IMG/VR virus record: IMGVR_UViG_3300025151_000001
Location: 28,241 to 92,240 of that record
Length of the DNA: 64,000 nucleotides
Source: a virus
Strand: one strand, 5' to 3'
How positions within the stretch are numbered: the stretch's first letter is position 1; every line of letters starts with the position of its first letter. The position numbers and the translations under genes were made by a program. The notes beneath the pieces are model-generated. The model ran no database searches. It had not been told where the DNA came from and saw nothing but the letters and a program-made list of their open reading frames with translations. Shown here piece after piece: positions 55,997 through 64,000 of the stretch.

Positions 55997-57873
55997 GGTT
56001 CTTCCTCCACTTTAATAGTGTCCATTTCTATAATTTTATTTGCAATTAGACGTTTGACTAAATCTTCTTGTGCTAATAGTCTTGAAACTTTATTAGGGTC
56101 ATTGAGGCTACTTTTGATGTGATTATAAAATTGTTCGATAGTTTTATCATGAAGACTAACTAATCCTTCTTTTAACTCGCCACTTAATGCCTGCACCCTC
56201 TTCATGAGGGAGGAAGACTCATCAGATAAAGCCTCCGGGGTGGACGAAATATCGGAGGATAAATTCTCACTTTCTTCTGAGTTATCTTTGATAAAGTGGT
56301 CAACCAATAGAAGACATGAGAATAAGAAGTCTTTCGTCGAAGATGGGCCTAAATTAGAAATGTCAGAAAGTGTATAATATTTTTCATGGTTCTCTTCTGT
56401 TAACAATGTAGCAATGTTAAAAGATAAGTCTACTTCTGGTAATTCTTCTGAAGTTGCAATATCCGGCTCAAATTCTTCAGCGTCAGTATATTCTTCAATT
56501 TTTTCATCAGGCCAATCGAAACCTCTAACGAAATTTCTAGGAGTTCCTCTTAGAAGTTTAACGAACTGCTTTCCGTCCTTTTTTCCTAAGAAGACAGCAA
56601 ACCTACTGCCTTTATATTTGCTATAGAATTCATCAAAATATTCATCATCTGGGAACAAAAAGACATTCTCAAAACTTTTAATTCTAGCCTCGGCAATATC
56701 TCTATTTTCTCTGCGTCTGAACTCATCTGTTGATGGTCTAGCAACCCTACCTTGAAGGTCTGAATCAGTAATTGTTCTATCGAAGAAAATCTGTTCAGCC
56801 ATCTTAGGCGTTTGGATTTGTTGAGACAACCAACGCTCAATGTTTTCCTTGCTACCGTTATCTTGATAGAATAGAGAAACGAAAGCAGGATTTAAATTAT
56901 TTGGGTCTTTCAAAGCATATTCTGTAATGTCTTTTCCGATTCTTTCTGGGAATAAAATATCAAACACAGGCTTGACATTTTTCTTTAATTTCTTAGTGAT
57001 AATGAAAAGACTGTAAATGTTTGTGTGAGTAAAGCGTTCAGGCAAACCTAACTGAACGTCTAGACCTAAATTTAAGTCAATTTTTCTTTTAGCATCTTTT
57101 AAGGCTTGATAATAGTCAGAATAGGTAAAGTTAACGGTAGCGTCAAAACTTCCCTTTTTATCCTTTATATCAACTAAGGCATACTCTTTTCTTTGTTTTT
57201 TAGAAACAACTCTCTCAATTGCTTCCCTTTCTGCTTCCATAACTACTCCTTTAGAGGGGTCTTCGCCATCTACTCTCTGACCTAAGACGTATTCTCTTTC
57301 TGGAGTAGTGAATTCCTTATCACCATACTTCACAGTAACGCTTCTTTTAAATTTTAAGAAGTCAACTTCTTCAGGATAGGCTTTTGCTAGTTTGACTAGT
57401 TTTCTTACGATAGAATCAATCTGTTTTTTAGTTTTGTTACTCACAGTTGTTCTAGATAAAGTATAATTGTTGTAAATTTCCTTCAATTTTTCTAAATCAG
57501 TCTCCTGTTCTAGCCCCAAGAAAGAAAAATTGGTCTTTAGGGGTTTATTTTTCTTCATTTCATAGTATCTCTTAGATTGCTCATAGAGTTTTTCGACAAA
57601 TTTCACTCTATCCTCTCTTTTGAACTTAGGTTTAACAAAAAGTTTGGAAATTTCGTTAAAAAACTTCAATTTTTCCGTTCCTTCGTTGCGAATTAACGAA
57701 GAAAACTCACTTTTGAAAGAATCGAGACTATCGAGTGCAGTAGTTTCTGATAAAAATCTAATAATTTCATCAGTTCTCTTACTTTCTGCATATTTTTTAG
57801 AAATGTTCACCAAATCTTGACGACTACCCATACCCATAATAGCAAAGTTCATCAAAATTGGGGACAAAACCAA
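55993..57873 (-). CDS. large hypothetical protein
   Basis: 626-aa ORF coupled to the next gene. Confidence 0.6.
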   Translation of the reverse strand: MVLSPILMNFAIMGMGSRQDLVNISKKYAESKRTDEIIRFLSETTALDSLDSFKSEFSSLIRNEGTEKLKFFNEISKLFVKPKFKREDRVKFVEKLYEQSKRYYEMKKNKPLKTNFSFLGLEQETDLEKLKEIYNNYTLSRTTVSNKTKKQIDSIVRKLVKLAKAYPEEVDFLKFKRSVTVKYGDKEFTTPEREYVLGQRVDGEDPSKGVVMEAEREAIERVVSKKQRKEYALVDIKDKKGSFDATVNFTYSDYYQALKDAKRKIDLNLGLDVQLGLPERFTHTNIYSLFIITKKLKKNVKPVFDILFPERIGKDITEYALKDPNNLNPAFVSLFYQDNGSKENIERWLSQQIQTPKMAEQIFFDRTITDSDLQGRVARPSTDEFRRRENRDIAEARIKSFENVFLFPDDEYFDEFYSKYKGSRFAVFLGKKDGKQFVKLLRGTPRNFVRGFDWPDEKIEEYTDAEEFEPDIATSEELPEVDLSFNIATLLTEENHEKYYTLSDISNLGPSSTKDFLFSCLLLVDHFIKDNSEESENLSSDISSTPEALSDESSSLMKRVQALSGELKEGLVSLHDKTIEQFYNHIKSSLNDPNKVSRLLAQEDLVKRLIANKIIEMDTIKVEEEP

Positions 57874-57882
57874 GCAATCACC

Positions 57883-58539
57883 TCATTGAAGGTCACTTTG
57901 GAAGCGGTCTTTGATGCGAAGCCACACTTCAGGGTCCGATTCTGCTAAAACTTCCTGAACAATTTCCATTTGCTTGTGAATAACGGTATGTTCAGTCTTG
58001 TGAATAAGTTTGCCTTTGAACTCCATTAGGTATTTTAGGCTCTCTCGGACCTCTCTTGCGAGTTTTGTTAGGGAATCAATCACCTTCGGGTCTAATTCGT
58101 CCTGTGCAAAGATTTCATCTAACTTGGAATCTAGCCTTTGAACGTTGTTTGAGAGGATTTCGACCTCGTTAACTTCCTTTTTTGCAATCATAGAGGCCGC
58201 AGATTCCTGCACCACCGGCTTCAAGTGGTGCTTCATGTGGCGTTGGACCTGTGCTTTCGTGGTCCCGAGGGCCTGAGAAATCGCTTCAGCATCAATTGTT
58301 CCTTCGGAAAGGGCCATTTCATAGTGTTTCCTCAATGGGTCCGTGCATAAAGAGCAACGAGGATTAGACGAAAGAACGTAGTCTCCCATGTGATTTCTCT
58401 GATGTTGAGCGCACGTCCCGCTTCTCCATCCGTTCTCTCTATCGAGAGTATCAGGGTTGAGTTGTCCACTTTCAAGACCTGCTTCTAAGGCATCGCGGTC
58501 TTCGTGATTGCACAAACCACAGCGTTTTCGAGTAACCAT
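57883..58539 (-). CDS. duplicated Zn-finger/HTH plus coiled-coil protein, candidate terminase small subunit
   Basis: CGLC...H...H and CSLC...HMKHH repeats, oligomerisation helix. Confidence 0.45.
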   Translation of the reverse strand: MVTRKRCGLCNHEDRDALEAGLESGQLNPDTLDRENGWRSGTCAQHQRNHMGDYVLSSNPRCSLCTDPLRKHYEMALSEGTIDAEAISQALGTTKAQVQRHMKHHLKPVVQESAASMIAKKEVNEVEILSNNVQRLDSKLDEIFAQDELDPKVIDSLTKLAREVRESLKYLMEFKGKLIHKTEHTVIHKQMEIVQEVLAESDPEVWLRIKDRFQSDLQ

Positions 58540-58540
58540 A

Positions 58541-59545
58541 TCAAACCCTCAACACTTCATCCCATTTCAACACTACTTCTTCTTGAGTAGTCGGATTTAC
58601 GAACTTCTCAGGAACCCTTGTGTTTCTAGCGGCAGCACGTCGTAATAGTTCTCGCGCGTTCTTTGGAGTAAGTTCAAAGAAAACCTCATCAACTTCTCCC
58701 GTCAAACTAAAGATTCTCTTTACGTCTTCTGAAGTTTTTGGATTTAGTTTGAGAGGTGTTGTCGCAAGGTATTGTGCTAACTTCTTTGAACTCAATTCCT
58801 CCTCAGTATAAAGTGAAGCGGTCTTTAACGCCCTGTTAATGTATTGTCCTAGTTGGTCAAGTTTAACAAGTTTGTTAATCAAAGTAAGGTTGTTAATCAC
58901 TAAGTCAACTTCATTCTCTTCAATATCTTCAATGGCTTTCTCCAAAACAAAGTAAAGGCCGGTAAGTTTCAGACTCCCGCTACCATCACCAAAAAGTGCC
59001 TGATGATAAGGCGGCTGCTGATTGCCGTTTGCCCTTCGGGAATAGAAGCCTTCCTTCGCAGCCTTTCCGGTCTTCGCCTCAAAATACGGAGTCCGGTAGT
59101 GACCATAAACTTTTACTTTCTTACCCTTTGGGACGACCTTACCTCGGACACGTCTAAAAGATTGGGGTTCTCGGAACAGAGTGTTCTTTGGGTTCAATGT
59201 CGAAGAAGGAGCCTTAAATTCATCTAGTGCGTCAAGTAACGCTTCTAGCATTTCTAACTCTTCGTCATCTTGGTAGCCTTTTTCTAGAATCTTACCAACT
59301 TCTTCTAATACTTTAAAAGCACCGTCTTCTCCAGAATTGCTAGAGTTTGCACGGCGAACCTGAGAATTAACGTGCTGAGAAATTTGCACATAAAGGTTGC
59401 CCTTGTCTTCCTTTGTTCCAAGAACTTCACCCGAGAACGATTCGCACTTTTTCTTCCATTTCTTGAAAGACTTACCAAAGCCGCGATTTACGACTTCGAC
59501 AAATACACCGGGAACGATTTCAATCCTCTCTTTCTTCCTTACCAC
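58541..59545 (-). CDS. hypothetical protein with C-terminal WDEVLR
   Basis: 334 aa; ends VVLKWDEVLRV. Confidence 0.6.
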   Translation of the reverse strand: MVRKKERIEIVPGVFVEVVNRGFGKSFKKWKKKCESFSGEVLGTKEDKGNLYVQISQHVNSQVRRANSSNSGEDGAFKVLEEVGKILEKGYQDDEELEMLEALLDALDEFKAPSSTLNPKNTLFREPQSFRRVRGKVVPKGKKVKVYGHYRTPYFEAKTGKAAKEGFYSRRANGNQQPPYHQALFGDGSGSLKLTGLYFVLEKAIEDIEENEVDLVINNLTLINKLVKLDQLGQYINRALKTASLYTEEELSSKKLAQYLATTPLKLNPKTSEDVKRIFSLTGEVDEVFFELTPKNARELLRRAAARNTRVPEKFVNPTTQEEVVLKWDEVLRV

Positions 59546-60200
59546 GCTTCTTCCTCCGTGAATATCTAATGTTGTGAATACCGGGTGTGGCCGAAGTCAC
59601 CGCCCCTGCCGCCTTCTGTGTGTCCTCGTTATTAGACTCATCGTCCAAGACAGACCAAGAGAAACGAATTATTTCCATTGGGTTATTCCTATAAACAATT
59701 TTCGCGTTATAGTCTCCGGTCCCACGAACCACACCAATTTGTGATTTTGTCCCGTCCGCATTTGACCTACCATAATCTTTATGACTTGATTTTAAATAAA
59801 ATCCACTCATAAACGACCAATCTCGCCAAACGAAATCGTTTTGTAAAGCATATTTTATAATCATCCTTAACTGACCTTCATCCTTTAAATCTTCTAATAA
59901 TTCACAGTAAAGGTCATCTTCCAAAAAATCTCTTTTTTGAAGCCATAACCAACCATTTATCATATCTCCTCCTTTTGGCCCCGGAACATCAAAACCAATG
60001 GTGAGTCTATTTGGGTCATCAAAAATTGTTGTCGTATGCTTCCACATTTTTGATAAATCAATAAGATATTCTTTGAGTTTTTCGAAACAATCCTTGTCTT
60101 CTTTGACTCGCTTAAATGGTTTCTGAATATCAATTGGAGCCATACCCGTTTGGGTTTTACCCTGAAGTTTTTGGTCCTTAAGGATATCAAACCAAGTCAA
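59520..60200 (-). CDS. PIDIQKPFKRVK family paralog 4
   Basis: TTG start LTWFDILK...GMAPIDIQKPFKRVKEDKDCFEKL. Confidence 0.7.
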   Translation of the reverse strand: MTWFDILKDQKLQGKTQTGMAPIDIQKPFKRVKEDKDCFEKLKEYLIDLSKMWKHTTTIFDDPNRLTIGFDVPGPKGGDMINGWLWLQKRDFLEDDLYCELLEDLKDEGQLRMIIKYALQNDFVWRDWSFMSGFYLKSSHKDYGRSNADGTKSQIGVVRGTGDYNAKIVYRNNPMEIIRFSWSVLDDESNNEDTQKAAGAVTSATPGIHNIRYSRRKKRGKEERED

Positions 60201-60775
60201 AGGAACCCACTCCAATTATCAAATTCCTTGTGAAGTTTGTAGGTATTTTCATAAAATCTTTCTTCATCTTCAAAATAATGGGCAACTAAAATAAGTGCCG
60301 TATCTTCTGTATCATAAGAAGCACCTTTAGGTTGAATCTCTATTTGATAGATAGTTCCCTTTTTAAAACAAGTAATTAAATAATTACCAACTTCCTCGAC
60401 AATATCTCCAGAAGGGGGCCTTAAATTCTTAAACATTTCAATTGCTTTGCAGTAAATTTCATCGGGAACATCCCCCTTTGGTGGAATTTTAACTGCGGTA
60501 TGAATGAAAAAATTATCTTCAGTATTTGGTTCGGTATAATAAAAATTCATTACGTTTGCTCCATGCCACCTGCTACCAGAATTATCAATAACTTCAGGTT
60601 TTGTTTCTCTACTTTTGGGGAAAGACGCTTGCACCTTTTTAGCAATTTCTACGAATTTTTCATAACAACCTTTATCCTTCACCCTTTTGAAAGGCTTTTG
60701 AATATCAATTGGGGCCATGCCTTGCCTTTGACTTTGCACAGTCTTGGCTTCTTTGAGGATTTCGAACCAATTCAT
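60197..60775 (-). CDS. PIDIQKPFKRVK family paralog 3
   Basis: MNWFEILK...GMAPIDIQKPFKRVKDKGCYEK. Confidence 0.7.
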   Translation of the reverse strand: MNWFEILKEAKTVQSQRQGMAPIDIQKPFKRVKDKGCYEKFVEIAKKVQASFPKSRETKPEVIDNSGSRWHGANVMNFYYTEPNTEDNFFIHTAVKIPPKGDVPDEIYCKAIEMFKNLRPPSGDIVEEVGNYLITCFKKGTIYQIEIQPKGASYDTEDTALILVAHYFEDEERFYENTYKLHKEFDNWSGFL

Positions 60776-61224
60776 TTCATTTCATCCTCCCTGAATTCGG
60801 ACCCGATTACAGCAACATTATCTCTTCCTGCATCTTTTTCTCCAACGTATGCATAAAAATGATTATATCTATAATCAGAGGAAAATCTATAACTTAAGTC
60901 TGAATCTTCAAACCTATGGTCTACATTTTTATCATGATTTGCTATTTTTTCTTCAATCCATTTTTTAGCCTTGCAATAATACTCATCGGGATGAGATTCA
61001 ACGATTATTGCAAAATCTTCATGAGAAGAGGCTTCCCAAATTAGCATCTTCTTACTTTCGAATTTAGGAGACTCTAAGCGTGAATCAAAAAATGCTTTGA
61101 GTTTCTCAAAACAACTATCATCTTCTTTTACCCTTTTAAAAGGTTTTTGAATATCAATAGGAGCCATCCCTGCACGGGAAGACTGAACAGAAGTCTGCTC
61201 CTTCAGGATATCAAACCAATTCAT
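60772..61224 (-). CDS. PIDIQKPFKRVK family paralog 2
   Basis: MNWFDILK...GMAPIDIQKPFKRVKEDDSCFEKL. Confidence 0.7.
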   Translation of the reverse strand: MNWFDILKEQTSVQSSRAGMAPIDIQKPFKRVKEDDSCFEKLKAFFDSRLESPKFESKKMLIWEASSHEDFAIIVESHPDEYYCKAKKWIEEKIANHDKNVDHRFEDSDLSYRFSSDYRYNHFYAYVGEKDAGRDNVAVIGSEFREDEMK

Positions 61225-61739
61225 TTCAATCCCTCTGGTTCATAAACATTATATTCAAGAAGTAGATTTTTTCTTTTACCGTATGTAATAATATAGTTAA
61301 CTCGGTCTAATTCTTCTATTGCTTGGGAGATAATTTCTAAATCTCGATGAGAAGGCATACTAGATAAAGGTGCGGACATTAAGTTCCCCTTAGTCCAATC
61401 AATTTTTAATGAATGTGAAATAGAAACCTTAAGTGCTTCTAAAACTAAACAATACATTTCATCAGGTATCTCGGGATTAAATCCTATAAACAAATATTCT
61501 AATGGATTTTCATTAGGTTCAACGAAATAATTTTTATGGTATTGGGCTAAAAAGCCTCCATTTTTGCGAGGGTCTCTCGTCTCAAATTCGAACCTACTTT
61601 CAACAAAAGCAATTAGTTTGTTAAAGCAATCATCTTCTTCCTTTACCCTCTTAAAAGGCTTTTGAATATCAATTGGTTTCATACCCTGTCTTTGACTCTG
61701 AACTAACTCAGAGTTTTTAAGGATATCAAACCAAGTCAT
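61221..61739 (-). CDS. PIDIQKPFKRVK family paralog 1
   Basis: MTWFDILK...GMKPIDIQKPFKRVKEEDDCFNKL. Confidence 0.7.
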   Translation of the reverse strand: MTWFDILKNSELVQSQRQGMKPIDIQKPFKRVKEEDDCFNKLIAFVESRFEFETRDPRKNGGFLAQYHKNYFVEPNENPLEYLFIGFNPEIPDEMYCLVLEALKVSISHSLKIDWTKGNLMSAPLSSMPSHRDLEIISQAIEELDRVNYIITYGKRKNLLLEYNVYEPEGLK

Positions 61740-62349
61740 TTCTATCCCTTTTCAAAAGTCGAAACCATTCAGACTTGTTCATCTCTTGAAAATCAGAACT
61801 AAATTCAGGTTCACCAACATCAACAGTTTCAGCATCGTCGTAAGTTCTCTCGGAAAGATTCCTAGACTCATTGTGGACAATTAAAGCATTTACAGTCATA
61901 AACATCCCTAAGAAATTCATGACCTCACTAGTGAAAGACTCAACTAATGCATCGTCAATGTCTTGAATCTCAGTTCCAACAACTTTTCTCAAAGATGCAA
62001 CAAAAGTGTTATCGTCAAGAATATCATTAAGCATAGTAAAGATAGCCTTTTCGACTTTTTCTTCATCAACAATCCCGTCGAATAGGGGCATATCAATAAT
62101 ATCTTCAGGGTCCATATCTGGGTCAATCTCTGGCTTTTCGCCCGGACTCAGAACATCCTCGGGGTCCAAAGTTAAAGAATTTCCAAGCACTTCGCTCATA
62201 ACTAAAGCAAATGCTTCGGAACCAAGAGTATAATTTCTCTCGGCTTGTCTTGCCAAATTGAGCATACCTTGACCATAGTTCTCTTTAACCCAAGCGGTAA
62301 GAGCATCCATTTCATCTGGAATATTTTCTCGGATATCGAAAGGTTTCAT
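61726..62349 (-). CDS. acidic protein with C-terminal WFRLLK
   Basis: D/E-rich; ends MNKSEWFRLLKRD. Confidence 0.6.
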   Translation of the reverse strand: MKPFDIRENIPDEMDALTAWVKENYGQGMLNLARQAERNYTLGSEAFALVMSEVLGNSLTLDPEDVLSPGEKPEIDPDMDPEDIIDMPLFDGIVDEEKVEKAIFTMLNDILDDNTFVASLRKVVGTEIQDIDDALVESFTSEVMNFLGMFMTVNALIVHNESRNLSERTYDDAETVDVGEPEFSSDFQEMNKSEWFRLLKRDRNDLV

Positions 62350-62633
62350 TGGTTATCCCTCACAAAATTGGAAACCTTGTCTAAAACTCTATTTAGATTG
62401 AACGCTTTGAAAGACTGAGTAATTCCCTGAACTCTTACCTTAATATACATCATTCCTTTATTTCTGCCGGATGGTTCTGAAGTAAGGTCAATTTGCCCCC
62501 AATCTGCTTTTAGTTTATACCTTGGACCAGATTTACCGAAACCTCCGGTAATCTCTCCACCAAAATCGTTTTCAATATTCTCCAAGAAATCTCTCGGAGT
62601 AAGCATCTTAAGGACGTCAAACCATTCAGTCAT
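62346..62633 (-). CDS. WxxVLK-leader protein
   Basis: MTEWFDVLK. Confidence 0.65.
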   Translation of the reverse strand: MTEWFDVLKMLTPRDFLENIENDFGGEITGGFGKSGPRYKLKADWGQIDLTSEPSGRNKGMMYIKVRVQGITQSFKAFNLNRVLDKVSNFVRDNQ

Positions 62634-62642
62634 CTAATCACC

Positions 62643-62996
62643 TCAAGCAGCAGTTCCAGAATTGGATTGATTATCTTTGCTTCGAACCTTCATTGCTCTA
62701 ACGAAGTTTGAAATTTCGGCAAGAGACTTTGTTGCAGCATCAGGCATACCCGCAACTTCAGCAGTTCCTCTCAATAATTGCAAAGCACTTCTTTGCTGAA
62801 GTCCGTCCTTTGCATTTTTAACGGCTTCAATACGGCGCTCTAATTCTGCAATATTGCTCCGTGTCTTTCTTCTGTCAACCCCCGCTTGCCGCAATTTAGG
62901 GTCATTTGGAATGGGCATTTCTTCAGGCATAAATTCCCTGACTTCCGCCATCTCTCTTTCATTTAGCGGTGCTTTCAAAATATCTTTCCAAGTCAT
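62643..62996 (-). CDS. WxxILK-leader protein
   Basis: MTWKDILK. Confidence 0.65.
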   Translation of the reverse strand: MTWKDILKAPLNEREMAEVREFMPEEMPIPNDPKLRQAGVDRRKTRSNIAELERRIEAVKNAKDGLQQRSALQLLRGTAEVAGMPDAATKSLAEISNFVRAMKVRSKDNQSNSGTAA

Positions 62997-62997
62997 A

Positions 62998-63264
62998 TTA
63001 ATCATCTACTCCAAATAGTTCTTTTAATTCATCGCGCAATTGTTCATATCTTTCGGAATCAATTTTACCTTTCATGAACATATTGCCAATTTTTTCAATA
63101 CCTTGTTGGTAGGTATCTGCCCCCGTTCGTAATTCAGGCGACCTTTCCCTTCGTTTTCGTTTTTCGTAGGTAGGCTCCATGCCGTATTCCCTAAAAGATT
63201 CGGGGTCAATGTTTCTTTCGTTATCAGAAACCCTTTTTCTTTTTATTACGTCTTCCCAAGAAAT
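62998..63264 (-). CDS. WxxVIK-leader protein with probable ATT start
   Basis: GGTGATTTGA-ATT TCT TGG GAA GAC GTA ATA AAA, in frame with ORF 62998-63180. Confidence 0.5.
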   Translation of the reverse strand: MSWEDVIKRKRVSDNERNIDPESFREYGMEPTYEKRKRRERSPELRTGADTYQQGIEKIGNMFMKGKIDSERYEQLRDELKELFGVDD

Positions 63265-63549
63265 TCAAATCACCTTTTCTAAAGCATCAATATACTTCTG
63301 CAATCCCTTTTTATATTCTTTGCCCGTAATTGTTCCTGTTTCACCGGGGTCAGGATATGTTGAATCATCCTTCATTTGAGAGTAATATTTCTTTGCTTGT
63401 CGGAGTTCATCCTTAGCAATTTCTTTATAGTTGCTCTCATTGATTTTATCGCCAAATAATCTTTCCATTTCTTGTGGGTCATACATACCCAAAAGTGCTC
63501 TTTTGAGTTGTTGCAAACCGTCTTGTTTTAAGATATTTCGCCAAGTCAT
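63265..63549 (-). CDS. WxxILK-leader protein
   Basis: GAGGTG SD, MTWRNILK. Confidence 0.65.
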   Translation of the reverse strand: MTWRNILKQDGLQQLKRALLGMYDPQEMERLFGDKINESNYKEIAKDELRQAKKYYSQMKDDSTYPDPGETGTITGKEYKKGLQKYIDALEKVI

Positions 63550-63872
63550 ATTGTTCACCTCACGATTAATTTTTTGGAACAAGACGCAATAATTCCTCAA
63601 TTTCATCTAATGCGTTATCTAAATGTATTTCAAGTTCACTAATTGCTCCGCGTTGTTCATCTGTAAATTCTACATATGAATCTGCAGTAATTTTATCATT
63701 AAGACTATCAATGGCCATCTTAATTTTACTAGTGAGTTTTCTGAGGTCGAAATTATGCACCTCTTTATAGTAGTCGAATTCCTCTATATCAGAATAATCA
63801 AAATTCATCTTTTTAGTAAAATTTTCTTTTAAAATATCTTCCCAAGTCATATTGTTCACCTCCCAAGTCATA
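63541..63872. repeat. 21-nt direct repeat of SD plus leader
   Basis: ccaagtcatattgttcacctc at 63541-63561 and 63842-63862, with an extra ccaagtcata at 63863-63872. Confidence 0.8.
63566..63850 (-). CDS. WxxILK-leader protein
   Basis: GAGGTG SD, MTWEDILK. Confidence 0.65.
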   Translation of the reverse strand: MTWEDILKENFTKKMNFDYSDIEEFDYYKEVHNFDLRKLTSKIKMAIDSLNDKITADSYVEFTDEQRGAISELEIHLDNALDEIEELLRLVPKN

Positions 63873-63882
63873 TTTAATCAAT

Positions 63883-64000
63883 TCAATAAAATTTGCCTTT
63901 CACTTTAATTTCAATCGTATCTTTTGGAATTCCAAGTGTTACGAATTCCGCTTTGTATTTCTTTCTAATGTATTCTTGGATTTGTTCTTCACTCATACCA
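63883..64000 (-). CDS. 3' end of a gene truncated by the window edge
   Basis: ...GMSEEQIQEYIRKKYKAEFVTLGIPKDTIEIKVKGKFY*. Confidence 0.5.
   Translation of the reverse strand, partial: GMSEEQIQEYIRKKYKAEFVTLGIPKDTIEIKVKGKFY

Noticed and set aside
59520-61739. Diversity-generating retroelement behind the paralog variation
   Set aside because: No reverse transcriptase and no near-identical template/variable repeat pair differing at adenines in this window; variation includes large indels.
63541-63872. CRISPR mini-array or att site
   Set aside because: Repeats coincide with SD plus start codons and are separated by whole genes; no integrase in the window.
1-64000. Cellular chromosome or integrated provirus
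   Set aside because: No housekeeping genes, rRNA, integrase or host junction; the whole window has viral two-block organisation.

Overview
This window is a large part of an AT-rich tailed archaeal dsDNA virus genome (Caudoviricetes). It most resembles the magroviruses that infect Marine Group II/Poseidoniales; this is inferred from gene content and GGTGA/GAGGTG Shine-Dalgarno sites, not from a database search. There are two convergent blocks that meet at a strong hairpin near 14.73-14.77 kb. The + strand block (0-14.7 kb) is an archaeal-type replication/recombination module: RFC large and small subunits, RPA-like SSB, Sak4/RadA-like ATPase, PCNA, a PolB split by three mini-genes, Cas4-like nuclease, PriS-PriL primase, ERCC4/Hef nuclease, MCM-like helicase and a DEDD exonuclease. 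The - strand block (14.8-64 kb) is morphogenesis: fibres, large tail-tip protein, tape measure, frameshifted tail chaperone, tail tube, adaptor, capsid, protease-scaffold, DNA ligase, portal and terminase. Two unexplained systems stand out. (1) At least 17 mostly unrelated genes begin with the same leader, M-x-W-x-x-(I/V)-L-K, and 3 more carry it at the C-terminus. It matches the hydrophobic-x-K sites that fill the scaffold and capsid N-terminus, suggesting a capsid-targeting/maturation-cleavage tag for an expandable array of virion-delivered cargo. (2) A five-gene cassette encodes two membrane proteins, an Arf-like small GTPase, a Zn-finger protein and a WW-like protein. It is a candidate membrane-remodelling/egress module.
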